The notes under the pieces are model-generated. The model ran no database searches and was not told the DNA's origin. It saw only the letters and a list, made by a program, of their open reading frames with translations. Of a stretch of DNA of 64,000 nucleotides, positions 57,401 through 64,000 are shown in pieces. The stretch is taken from the NCBI GenBank assembly GCA_000002445.1, contig CP000068.1:320001-384000 (forward strand), written 5' to 3'. Every line of letters begins with the position of its first letter. Position 1 is the first letter of the stretch. Both the position numbers and the translations under genes were made by a program. The stretch comes from Trypanosoma brucei (lineage: Eukaryota).

Positions 57401-60400
57401 GAGTGGGATGGATCAGTACGCACGGGATGCCGATGGCGGTTCTGTTTCTAATGATGATAGCCGTGAACTGCCGACACTTGCGCTGCCAGCGCGCATTGAG
57501 GGCGTGACCCGTCAGGCATGCGAATTCCGCGATGAGATGTACAAACGACACCAGGAGCTGTTGGACTTGGTTGCTAGAGGCGTGTGCAACGAGGATGCTC
57601 TTGCCCGTGTGCGTGAGCTGCGTTGTGCGAAGGAGGCTGTGGAGACGGAGCTGCAGGATACGCTAAGGGAAGCTGAGAAGCGGCTGTGTGTGGTGACCGC
57701 GTGTGAGGGTGTGCTTGGCGAGACTTTGTGCAGTGACGTTGTTGAGCAGCGCCAGGCAGAGCTGCTGTGCGCCCTGCGTGCAGACGTTGCAGAGGCCTGC
57801 GGTGTTTCGGGTAGTCATGTGATTGATGCTACGATAGCTGATGATGGTTCGAATGTGACTTTTCGTGTGGCTCACCCATACTGTGTCCCCGCAGCGGCTG
57901 TGCTGGCAAGGGTAGATTCATGCGCTTTCGACCGCGTACGGCGCGTCAACAAGTGGTCTTGTGGTGACTCTGAGGCGGTGTCCTTTGCCGAAGAAGATGA
58001 GGCGGAGCGTGAGTTTGTTGCAGTTGGGACCCCCGCTGGGGAGGCATTTTTGGCTCGGATAACCGAGTTGAGTGGGCGTTTCGCCTCTGTGAACGGTGAG
58101 CTGCGTGCAGCAGAGGACGCGCTTGCGGAGCGACCCGCTGTTGTGGTGTGTGGGTTGGAGCAGCGCGTTTCGGAGACTAATGCCACTGTGGAGGAACAGG
58201 CTGCTTGCATCCGTGCGCTGAGTGAGCAAATTGCTGCCGCCGACGCCTACTTGCGAGATGCGGAGGGCGAGTGTGGTTCACTGGCTGGGTTGCTTGGTCT
58301 CTCCCCAGCAGAAGATGGTGGCGACCTCGGGACTGGTAGTGCTGGTTTGTCATTGTCGAATGGCGCGCTACGCATAGCGGAGAGACTGCGGTTGGCGTGC
58401 AGTGCGGTACACGACCTGGAGCAAGAACTGAAGGCCAGTGGGGAGCGTGAGCGTGCCTCTATAGAGGAATGTGATCGATTACGTAATGAACTACAGAAGC
58501 TGGAGTCGCAGCGTTCTGATCTGGAGGAGAGTCTGAATGCAGCCGAGGCGTTGGAGTGTGCGTTACGGCGCCAGCTACACGAGTCCCTAGAGGAGGTACG
58601 CAGTGCTGAGAATGCATTGAGTGCTGCGGAGCAGGCGTTGCGTTGCATACCGAGTGGGATGGATCAGTACGCACGGGATGCCGATGGCGGTTCTGTTTCT
58701 AATGATGATAGCCGTGAACTGCCGACACTTGCGCTGCCAGCGCGCATTGAGGGCGTGACCCGTCAGGCATGCGAATTCCGCGGTGAGATGTACAAACGAC
58801 ACCAGGAGCTGTTGGACTTGGTTGCTAGAGGCGTGTGCAACGAGGATGCTCTTGCCCGTGTGCGTGAGCTGCGTTGTGCGAAGGAGGCTGTGGAGACGGA
58901 GCTGCAGGATACGCTAAGGGAAGCTGAGAAGCGGCTGTGTGTGGTGACCGCGTGTGAGGGTGTGCTTGGCGAGACTTTGTGCAGTGACGTTGTTGAGCAG
59001 CGCCAGGCAGAGCTGCTGTGCGCCCTGCGTGCAGACGTTGCAGAGGCCTGCGGTGTTTCGGGTAGTCATGTGATTGATGCTACGATAGCTGATGATGGTT
59101 CGAATGTGACTTTTCGTGTGGCTCACCCATACTGTGTCCCCGCAGCGGCTGTGCTGGCAAGGGTAGATTCATGCGCTTTCGACCGCGTACGGCGCGTCAA
59201 CAAGTGGTCTTGTGGTGACTCTGAGGCGGTGTCCTTTGCCGAAGAAGATGAGGCGGAGCGTGAGTTTGTTGCAGTTGGGACCCCCGCTGGGGAGGCATTT
59301 TTGGCTCGGATAACCGAGTTGAGTGGGCGTTTCGCCTCTGTGAACGGTGAGCTGCGTGCAGCAGAGGACGCGCTTGCGGAGCGACCCGCTGTTGTGGTGT
59401 GTGGGTTGGAGCAGCGCGTTTCGGAGACTAATGCCACTGTGGAGGAACAGGCTGCTTGCATCCGTGCGCTGAGTGAGCAAATTGCTGCCGCCGACGCCTA
59501 CTTGCGAGACGCGGAGGGCGAGTGTGGTTCACTGGCTGGGTTGCTTGGTCTCTCCCCAGCAGAAGATGGTGGCGACCTCGGGACTGGTAGTGCTGGTTTG
59601 TCATTGTCGAATGGCGCGCTACGCATAGCGGAGAGACTGCGGTTGGCGTGCAGTGCGGTACACGACCTGGAGCAAGAACTGAAGGCCAGTGGGGAGCGTG
59701 AGCGTGCCTCTATAGAGGAATGTGATCGATTACGTAATGAACTACAGAAGCTGGAGTCGCAGCGTTCTGATCTGGAGGAGAGTCTGAATGCAGCCGAGAT
59801 ACCGGAACAGATTTTGAGGGGTCATGTTGATTCTTTTTTGTGTCGTGTTTTTACGTCGTTGAAGTGTTTGCGTGATGTTGTTGCTGGTTTTGCTGTGTTT
59901 ATGTGTTCTGATGTTGATGTTGATGGGAGCCCGTTTCTTTCTTTTGGTCAGGAGGGAACATTGGAGAAGAATATTGATTTGTCGCTGTATCGTTTAGAAT
60001 TACTTGTTCCAACTATTGATGTTTTATGTCGTGGGCTTGTTGGGTTGTGTCGTTTTTATGAGGCTGATCGTTTGTCACTGATGAATGGATTGACTGGTCT
60101 TGGGGTAGAGCCGGGTGGTCTGGTATTGAATTCGGTTATTCCTTGCGCTGATGCTCGACGTTCTTTGAGTGGCACTCTTGTTGATATTGTTTCTGCTGCT
60201 GGCGATATATCCGTTGTAGGTGATTTCGGAGGTAATGATAACTCTGTTGCAGAAGGTGGAACTAAATCGTTGTTGCAGGCGGTCGGGGTTTGGCAGACTT
60301 CCGTTGAGGAGTTTTCTGCTGAGGAGCAGTGTTCTTATTCAAAAGTTGTTGCGGGTATTGTTGGAGGTTTTCGAGATGAGGGGATAGCTGCCCGTCGCGC

Positions 60401-63400
60401 CCTGGTTAATGTGCGTAAGGCGCTTGAAGGTAAGGTGCCCTGTAGGGATGATGTTATCGATGGTAATGTTGTTGCCTCTCAAGGAAGTGATTTGGAGACC
60501 AGTGAAGGAAGGGAGGTTGTACGCCTGATTGCAGAGCAGAGGAAGTCGGTTTTATTTGCTTTGACCTCTTTGTTGTCATCCGTGTCGGCCGACGGAGTTG
60601 AAAGGGCTATGAGATTAAGTAAGAATGTTCCCTTCAGTGATTTAGTGTTGTTGTTGCGCCACGAGTGCGTAAACGTTTCCAAAGCGTTTATGTCACTTAA
60701 TGCAATTGTCCAGGAGGGTAGCAACATTGCAATTGTTACCTCTGGGGAAAGTGGTGAGAGTAGCCAGCCGGGGTCGTCAGTGACCGGGTTTACTGAGGTG
60801 AAAGGTGATAACGTGGTGCCATCGAAGACGTCTGCCGCCATTGAAAACGTCTCGTCACCAGACCTCGCCCCTTCACAGTCAGCCGGGGGAGAGGGCGGAA
60901 AACTTCACACGGGAAAGGGACCCGCTTCCGCATCTGATTCTGCTATGGATTCTACCGTTGCTTCCGCCGGGATATGTGCGGTTGATGGGATGCCGTCGCA
61001 CTCAACCTCACTGTCTCGGTGCCCTAGTGTCGCTGCTGAAGACACGGATGAGAGGGCCGACTTGCTGTTTTCCCTTAGAGACTTCGTTGAGGCCGAAGAA
61101 GCTTCTGGGAAGCCGCTCGCAATCGTTCAACAGGTGCGTGAGCACATTCATGCCCGTACCGAGGAGCTTCAGCAGCTTCGTACTGCTGCAGTAAAGAGTG
61201 TGGAGACGCTCAGTGGTGATCCACTTCCAGCCGGTGCTAAGCCTTATGATGTAGCCGGCGCACTACTAGCAGCTGTGAAGACAACGAGCGACTCTATTGG
61301 TGGCGTCCACGCATTGCTGTCCGGTGTCACTTTGGAGGAAGCTCCAGCCCAAGCGACACGTTCACTTAAACCGAAGGCGAAACCTCAACCGGTAGGTCGT
61401 TGCAACTCCTCGATAGTGCTTTCGCTAAAGCGTGCCGTCTTGCTGAATCCTCGCCTTGCGCAGGCCGGTGGGAGGAGGTCCCGTGAAAGCGTGCAAATGG
61501 GGTTAAGCACGGCTTCTCGCTCTGCTGGAAACCGCAGTTCGGTGTCGGGAAATTCAAGTTCAGGAGGGGGAGGCGCATCCGTCGGCCCGCAGAAGCTACA
61601 TGAACTCATCAAAGCTATCGAGAGCAAGCTAAAGATTGTCCAACATACAAGGGACACATGCAGTGTTTGTCTGTATCTTTTGGGCGACAAAGAGGGAGGG
61701 AACGTCCCTGCTGAGGAACTGCCGACTCGCCTCTTGCTGCAAGCACAGGACTTATTCTCCGGACTGACGCAAATACAGAACTTGGATTTAGGTGACGAAG
61801 ACGATGAGCCCAACGCCGATGACAAGTCAAGCGAGGGGAATTCTTTGGTTGGCAAGCCGTCTTGGATAACCTCAAGGCTGCTGAAAGTTGCTAAGGTCTT
61901 TAGGTCGCTTCAGTATATCAACGAGTCTATGAAACAAAGGGAGGCTGTCGCTGAAAAGCAGAGAAGCTTCTTGCTACTGGATGTAAATGAATTACGGAAC
62001 ACCCATGCGGAAGAAAAGCGGCGGCTTCAAGATATGCTGGAGGGTGCGAAGGTGCAGCTGCGGGAGCGCGACCTTAATATCAAAGACATGCAGCAGCAGA
62101 ATGCTATTTTGCGGGCGGATTACGACAAAGCCTGCGCGGAAAGTAAGCATATGACTCTAGAGTTGAATGATATGCGCGGAACGCTGGATGATCTTCAGCA
62201 TTGGTTGGAGGGCGTAGAAATGGCCGCTGGGGTTGTGCGCAGGTCATCAGCTGCTGTCTGGGGACAGATTTGTAGCGTTGAGCAGAAGTTGACAGAAAGA
62301 TTATCCGCATTTATTCCTACAGATCACGGGCGCTATAGGCGAACGAGTAAAACTAACGTAGAAGAGAAAATGGAGGTGTCGCTAACCGCAAGAGAAACCG
62401 GGGGGGAAGTGGAGTTGGTACCTGTTTCGGGTGGAAAGCTAGTGGTACAGCTGGTTGAGGATAGCGCTAGCTGCTTGAGACAATGTGAGGAGTCTCTTCA
62501 ACTGTTGGAGCGTCCTCTTATTCTCGTGCCTGCCTTGAGTGAATGGATAAAGCAACAATACTTGTCTCTAAAAGACAATGTATCACACGCTGAGGAGGAG
62601 GTTCGCTCAATCCTGCGCAGTTGCTACCGGAGTGCGGCCGATCTGCTATATGATAAACTCCGTGCCGTGCAGCGTCACAGGGAGGCGGAGCTTGAACTTG
62701 ATGCGTCCCATGCACGCTGGCAAGGGCGGTTGCGGGATATTGAGGCAGCTCACAAGGAACACACTGCTGTACTGAACCGCCGGCTGGCAACAATGTGGGA
62801 CTTGACTACTCAACAAGATGTGCTGCGCGCCGAGACGGCCAGATGGCAGGCCTGTGCGGAGGCGGCGGCAGAGGAAACGGAGCGCTTGCGAGTGTTGCTT
62901 CGTGCCGCTGAGTCCAGAGAGGTGCCCCAGCCTACTGAGGTTGTTAAAATAATAGAAGTTGAGCCACCTAGAGCACCAAAGCCATCTACAAGGGAGGTTT
63001 CTATTATGACAGATTTACTCATTGTTGAGGAGCCTGCTGTACCCGATTACGATGAGGCAACTGATGTGTTGAAGATACGGGCAGAGCTTTCAGATGCTTT
63101 GGAATATGCCAAGCATCAGGCGGATGACGCTGCGCGCTGTCGCTCTTTGATGCAGGAGCAACTCCACTTGTTGGATGGTGGTCAGGGGGCGGTTGTGGAT
63201 CCGTCACTTTCGCTGGGAAAGTTGATTGAAACACATAAGAAGCGCCTCCTGATGCACGTGGATGAGCGTAGGAAACTTCTTGAAGCTTGGCAGACTGCGC
63301 AGCACAACATTTCCCGGCTAAAACAGGAAATCGATGAAAGGGAGCGACAACGCAAGAAGGAAACACGAGAACTGGAGACACAAATTAAGGAACTACGGGT

Positions 63401-63602
63401 GAGAGTGCAGCGAAAGCTCGAAATGGATATGATCACGGAGCGGCAAATTGCGGAAGCAGAGCGATCGATTGACCGGGAGTTCGAGGAGTTGTGCCGCCGA
63501 GCCTTAAGCGGCCTGTCTGTAGCTGCGCATTTGCAACAGTTGCGCAGTTCTCTGATGGCGCGGATACGCATGCAAATGGAGGCACAGCGCCCCAGACACT
63601 GA
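45414..63602 (+). CDS. Giant repetitive coiled-coil protein (about 6062 aa) containing about 10.3 tandem 417-aa repeats
   Basis: A single uninterrupted 18.2-kb ORF. A unique basic, coiled-coil N-terminal region runs to 46914 ('KKKKASLKKVKKKTYEELRNERMMRENTELKRKNEELKKEIK'). The near-identical repeat array occupies 46915-59797. A unique about 1270-aa C-terminal region runs from 59798 to 63602, ending in heptad-rich coiled coil ('...QEIDERERQRKKETRELETQIKELRVRVQRKLEMDM...'). The start codon is uncertain because several in-frame Met lie downstream. Confidence 0.8.
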   Translation: MPGLLKWKKRCSPVAMRPSRGLVPSPRKSPSKQRSSAHSAAAGEECYELQAVPSVIPALQAISAVRRAGALMARVMSPTADRIEGELWYIAGEYGPGKGNAAAPQWVTCDRHRLVVWSSWCGQGRIIDTVSFDRLRLILNFSHAHTHKVCQRQAPVTRYSAAKNFSLPSARGSRSPPQTFRRGTTTFARKKKLGAIATGRIRAYGGTSMPRYYYFGVEFTCLYRTEDGRNHRRRRVMMFATDVQHDLITWLQFLSDVEVKKVRETVCGGGSQGTKRARKSKQCMSPNVSYFLNESDCTAVDTSNETSLASSSPLDIDTTMDPAVAPSRASDREVEAPGQSIFSLFSSTVTDPTKSPSPQPIEKEQSEEVISNGSLLDISLHNNEPPQLAARPHTPKKKKASLKKVKKKTYEELRNERMMRENTELKRKNEELKKEIKVATDKITELQRNLQASERTNRYAEEECEHLRDSLLKVEKQKANLAKKLSESTGNEFQLQKQAVELHATLEEQAACIRALSEQITAADAYLRDAEGECGSLAGLLGLSPAEDGGDLGTGSAGLSLSNGALRIAERLRLACSAVHDLEQELKASGERERASIEECDRLRNELQKLESQRSDLEESLNAAEALECALRRQLHESLEEVRSAENALSAAEQALRCIPSGMDQYARDADGGSVSNDDSRELPTLALPARIEGVTRQACEFRDEMYKRHQELLDLVARGVCNEDALARVRELRCAKEAVETELQDTLREAEKRLCVVTACEGVLGETLCSDVVEQRQAELLCALRADVAEACGVSGSHVIDATIADDGSNVTFRVAHPYCVPAAAVLARVDSCAFDRVRRVNKWSCGDSEAVSFAEEDEAEREFVAVGTPAGEAFLARITELSGRFASVNGELRAAEDALAERPAVVVCGLEQRVSETNATVEEQAACIRALSEQIAAADAYLRDAEGECGSLAGLLGLSPAEDGGDLGTGSAGLSLSNGALRIAERLRLACSAVHDLEQELKASGERERASIEECDRLRNELQKLESQRSDLEESLNAAEALECALRRQLHESLEEVRSAENALSAAEQALRCIPSGMDQYARDADGGSVSNDDSRELPTLALPARIEGVTRQACEFRDEMYKRHQELLDLVARGVCNEDALARVRELRCAKEAVETELQDTLREAEKRLCVVTACEGVLGETLCSDVVEQRQAELLCALRADVAEACGVSGSHVIDATIADDGSNVTFRVAHPYCVPAAAVLARVDSCAFDRVRRVNKWSCGDSEAVSFAEEDEAEREFVAVGTPAGEAFLARITELSGRFASVNGELRAAEDALAERPAVVVCGLEQRVSETNATVEEQAACIRALSEQIAAADAYLRDAEGECGSLAGLLGLSPAEDGGDLGTGSAGLSLSNGALRIAERLRLACSAVHDLEQELKASGERERASIEECDRLRNELQKLESQRSDLEESLNAAEALECALRRQLHESLEEVRSAENALSAAEQALRCIPSGMDQYARDADGGSVSNDDSRELPTLALPARIEGVTRQACEFRDEMYKRHQELLDLVARGVCNEDALARVRELRCAKEAVETELQDTLREAEKRLCVVTACEGVLGETLCSDVVEQRQAELLCALRADVAEACGVSGSHVIDATIADDGSNVTFRVAHPYCVPAAAVLARVDSCAFDRVRRVNKWSCGDSEAVSFAEEDEAEREFVAVGTPAGEAFLARITELSGRFASVNGELRAAEDALAERPAVVVCGLEQRVSETNATVEEQAACIRALSEQIAAADAYLRDAEGECGSLAGLLGLSPAEDGGDLGTGSAGLSLSNGALRIAERLRLACSAVHDLEQELKASGERERASIEECDRLRNELQKLESQRSDLEESLNAAEALECALRRQLHESLEEVRSAENALSAAEQALRCIPSGMDQYARDADGGSVSNDDSRELPTLALPARIEGVTRQACEFRDEMYKRHQELLDLVARGVCNEDALARVRELRCAKEAVETELQDTLREAEKRLCVVTACEGVLGETLCSDVVEQRQAELLCALRADVAEACGVSGSHVIDATIADDGSNVTFRVAHPYCVPAAAVLARVDSCAFDRVRRVNKWSCGDSEAVSFAEEDEAEREFVAVGTPAGEAFLARITELSGRFASVNGELRAAEDALAERPAVVVCGLEQRVSETNATVEEQAACIRALSEQIAAADAYLRDAEGECGSLAGLLGLSPAEDGGDLGTGSAGLSLSNGALRIAERLRLACSAVHDLEQELKASGERERASIEECDRLRNELQKLESQRSDLEESLNAAEALECALRRQLHESLEEVRSAENALSAAEQALRCIPSGMDQYARDADGGSVSNDDSRELPTLALPARIEGVTRQACEFRDEMYKRHQELLDLVARGVCNEDALARVRELRCAKEAVETELQDTLREAEKRLCVVTACEGVLGETLCSDVVEQRQAELLCALRADVAEACGVSGSHVIDATIADDGSNVTFRVAHPYCVPAAAVLARVDSCAFDRVRRVNKWSCGDSEAVSFAEEDEAEREFVAVGTPAGEAFLARITELSGRFASVNGELRAAEDALAERPAVVVCGLEQRVSETNATVEEQAACIRALSEQIAAADAYLRDAEGECGSLAGLLGLSPAEDGGDLGTGSAGLSLSNGALRIAERLRLACSAVHDLEQELKASGERERASIEECDRLRNELQKLESQRSDLEESLNAAEALECALRRQLHESLEEVRSAENALSAAEQALRCIPSGMDQYARDADGGSVSNDDSRELPTLALPARIEGVTRQACEFRDEMYKRHQELLDLVARGVCNEDALARVRELRCAKEAVETELQDTLREAEKRLCVVTACEGVLGETLCSDVVEQRQAELLCALRADVAEACGVSGSHVIDATIADDGSNVTFRVAHPYCVPAAAVLARVDSCAFDRVRRVNKWSCGDSEAVSFAEEDEAEREFVAVGTPAGEAFLARITELSGRFASVNGELRAAEDALAERPAVVVCGLEQRVSETNATVEEQAACIRALSEQIAAADAYLRDAEGECGSLAGLLGLSPAEDGGDLGTGSAGLSLSNGALRIAERLRLACSAVHDLEQELKASGERERASIEECDRLRNELQKLESQRSDLEESLNAAEALECALRRQLHESLEEVRSAENALSAAEQALRCIPSGMDQYARDADGGSVSNDDSRELPTLALPARIEGVTRQACEFRDEMYKRHQELLDLVARGVCNEDALARVRELRCAKEAVETELQDTLREAEKRLCVVTACEGVLGETLCSDVVEQRQAELLCALRADVAEACGVSGSHVIDATIADDGSNVTFRVAHPYCVPAAAVLARVDSCAFDRVRRVNKWSCGDSEAVSFAEEDEAEREFVAVGTPAGEAFLARITELSGRFASVNGELRAAEDALAERPAVVVCGLEQRVSETNATVEEQAACIRALSEQIAAADAYLRDAEGECGSLAGLLGLSPAEDGGDLGTGSGGLSLSNGALRIAERLRLACSAVHDLEQELKASGERERASIEECDRLRNELQKLESQRSDLEESLNAAEALECALRRQLHESLEEVRSAENALSAAEQALRCIPSGMDQYARDADGGSVSNDDSRELPTLALPARIEGVTRQACEFRDEMYKRHQELLDLVARGVCNEDALARVRELRCAKEAVETELQDTLREAEKRLCVVTACEGVLGETLCSDVVEQRQAELLCALRADVAEACGVSGSHVIDATIADDGSNVTFRVAHPYCVPAAAVLARVDSCAFDRVRRVNKWSCGDSEAVSFAEEDEAEREFVAVGTPAGEAFLARITELSGRFASVNGELRAAEDALAERPAVVVCGLEQRVSETNATVEEQAACIRALSEQIAAADAYLRDAEGECGSLAGLLGLSPAEDGGDLGTGSAGLSLSNGALRIAERLRLACSAVHDLEQELKASGERERASIEECDRLRNELQKLESQRSDLEESLNAAEALECALRRQLHESLEEVRSAENALSAAEQALRCIPSGMDQYARDADGGSVSNDDSRELPTLALPARIEGVTRQACEFRDEMYKRHQELLDLVARGVCNEDALARVRELRCAKEAVETELQDTLREAEKRLCVVTACEGVLGETLCSDVVEQRQAELLCALRADVAEACGVSGSHVIDATIADDGSNVTFRVAHPYCVPAAAVLARVDSCAFDRVRRVNKWSCGDSEAVSFAEEDEAEREFVAVGTPAGEAFLARITELSGRFASVNGELRAAEDALAERPAVVVCGLEQRVSETNATVEEQAACIRALSEQIAAADAYLRDAEGECGSLAGLLGLSPAEDGGDLGTGSAGLSLSNGALRIAERLRLACSAVHDLEQELKASGERERASIEECDRLRNELQKLESQRSDLEESLNAAEALECALRRQLHESLEEVRSAENALSAAEQALRCIPSGMDQYARDADGGSVSNDDSRELPTLALPARIEGVTRQACEFRGEMYKRHQELLDLVARGVCNEDALARVRELRCAKEAVETELQDTLREAEKRLCVVTACEGVLGETLCSDVVEQRQAELLCALRADVAEACGVSGSHVIDATIADDGSNVTFRVAHPYCVPAAAVLARVDSCAFDRVRRVNKWSCGDSEAVSFAEEDEAEREFVAVGTPAGEAFLARITELSGRFASVNGELRAAEDALAERPAVVVCGLEQRVSETNATVEEQAACIRALSEQIAAADAYLRDAEGECGSLAGLLGLSPAEDGGDLGTGSAGLSLSNGALRIAERLRLACSAVHDLEQELKASGERERASIEECDRLRNELQKLESQRSDLEESLNAAEIPEQILRGHVDSFLCRVFTSLKCLRDVVAGFAVFMCSDVDVDGSPFLSFGQEGTLEKNIDLSLYRLELLVPTIDVLCRGLVGLCRFYEADRLSLMNGLTGLGVEPGGLVLNSVIPCADARRSLSGTLVDIVSAAGDISVVGDFGGNDNSVAEGGTKSLLQAVGVWQTSVEEFSAEEQCSYSKVVAGIVGGFRDEGIAARRALVNVRKALEGKVPCRDDVIDGNVVASQGSDLETSEGREVVRLIAEQRKSVLFALTSLLSSVSADGVERAMRLSKNVPFSDLVLLLRHECVNVSKAFMSLNAIVQEGSNIAIVTSGESGESSQPGSSVTGFTEVKGDNVVPSKTSAAIENVSSPDLAPSQSAGGEGGKLHTGKGPASASDSAMDSTVASAGICAVDGMPSHSTSLSRCPSVAAEDTDERADLLFSLRDFVEAEEASGKPLAIVQQVREHIHARTEELQQLRTAAVKSVETLSGDPLPAGAKPYDVAGALLAAVKTTSDSIGGVHALLSGVTLEEAPAQATRSLKPKAKPQPVGRCNSSIVLSLKRAVLLNPRLAQAGGRRSRESVQMGLSTASRSAGNRSSVSGNSSSGGGGASVGPQKLHELIKAIESKLKIVQHTRDTCSVCLYLLGDKEGGNVPAEELPTRLLLQAQDLFSGLTQIQNLDLGDEDDEPNADDKSSEGNSLVGKPSWITSRLLKVAKVFRSLQYINESMKQREAVAEKQRSFLLLDVNELRNTHAEEKRRLQDMLEGAKVQLRERDLNIKDMQQQNAILRADYDKACAESKHMTLELNDMRGTLDDLQHWLEGVEMAAGVVRRSSAAVWGQICSVEQKLTERLSAFIPTDHGRYRRTSKTNVEEKMEVSLTARETGGEVELVPVSGGKLVVQLVEDSASCLRQCEESLQLLERPLILVPALSEWIKQQYLSLKDNVSHAEEEVRSILRSCYRSAADLLYDKLRAVQRHREAELELDASHARWQGRLRDIEAAHKEHTAVLNRRLATMWDLTTQQDVLRAETARWQACAEAAAEETERLRVLLRAAESREVPQPTEVVKIIEVEPPRAPKPSTREVSIMTDLLIVEEPAVPDYDEATDVLKIRAELSDALEYAKHQADDAARCRSLMQEQLHLLDGGQGAVVDPSLSLGKLIETHKKRLLMHVDERRKLLEAWQTAQHNISRLKQEIDERERQRKKETRELETQIKELRVRVQRKLEMDMITERQIAEAERSIDREFEELCRRALSGLSVAAHLQQLRSSLMARIRMQMEAQRPRH
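46915..59797 (+). repeat. Tandem array of a 1251-bp (417-codon) unit, 10 full copies plus a 0.3 partial copy, >99% identical, in-frame within the giant CDS
   Basis: 'gaggaacaggctgcttgcatccgtgcgctgagtgagcaaatt' recurs at 46932, 48183, 49434 and every 1251 nt thereafter. Antisense ORFs (133, 112, 103, 71, 70 aa) recur with the same period (e.g. 46988, 48239, 49490 ... 58247). Identity decays upstream of about 46915. The array ends abruptly at 59797, where '...ctgaatgcagccgag' is followed by unique 'ataccggaacag'. Confidence 0.97.
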
Positions 63603-64000
63603 GGCGATAGTAGTAGTGACGGCACTGTGCGGTATTATCCGCAGAGTCATGGACGAATCTGCTGGTTTTGTTCTATGGACTTTTTGTGTCCGTCCATTAA
63701 CTGCCACGATTTCGATTGAACTTCACGTCGCTATGTAAAAAAAAAAAGCCTTTATGTAGCCTGTGAAACAGGGGCGGGGGAGGGGACAGAGCCGTTCCGT
63801 ACTGTAAACAGAGGAAAATATGCAACACACTGTTTCTTTTAGATATTCGTTCAATTTACTTCTATATGTTCTTTCCGAGCTGTCGCGACCCTCCGTCCCT
63901 GAGTCGAAAGCGAATCAACAACAGGGCTATTCTACTCTCTTTTTCTCCATGCCATGCCAACGACTATGTAATATTCGTCTTATTTACTGCATAGCATTGT

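Noticed and set aside
46988-59480. Periodic - strand ORFs (133, 112, 103, 71, 70 aa) recurring every 1251 nt across the repeat array
   Set aside because: They are antisense read-throughs of the + strand giant ORF, which spans them all without interruption. They are Ser/Ala/Arg-rich with no domain features, and their perfect periodicity simply mirrors the tandem repeat.

Overview
This window reads as a kinetoplastid (trypanosomatid) nuclear chromosome segment, not a prokaryotic one. All convincing ORFs lie on the + strand with no visible introns, as in a single polycistronic transcription unit. They are separated by pyrimidine-rich and purine-rich tracts and (TA)n microsatellites. The 655-aa PEX5 ORF matches the published length of Trypanosoma brucei PEX5, and the overall base composition and repeat texture fit T. 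brucei, though this is not proven.

I can support about 18 protein-coding genes. In window order: a Trx-monothiol-Grx fusion; an Msp1/ATAD1-like AAA ATPase; a hypothetical protein; an AlkB-like dioxygenase; a hypothetical protein; a UBC4/5-type E2; a 1315-aa low-complexity protein; a thioredoxin-domain membrane protein; an IscA-family Fe-S protein; two hypothetical proteins; an M16/MPP-like peptidase; an OTU deubiquitinase-like protein with RanBP2 zinc fingers; an ESF2/ABT1-like RNA-binding protein; threonyl-tRNA synthetase; PEX5; ribosomal protein uL2 (L8); and a roughly 6062-aa giant coiled-coil gene.

The most striking object is the giant gene. Its core is about 10.3 near-identical tandem copies of a 1251-bp (417-aa) unit, spanning about 12.9 kb. 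I see no tRNA, rRNA or CRISPR array, and no clear mobile element. I also see no evidence of an undescribed multi-gene 'system' here. The hunt items are the repeat gene, a short interstitial telomeric hexamer array, unusual domain fusions, and several long ORF-free gaps.
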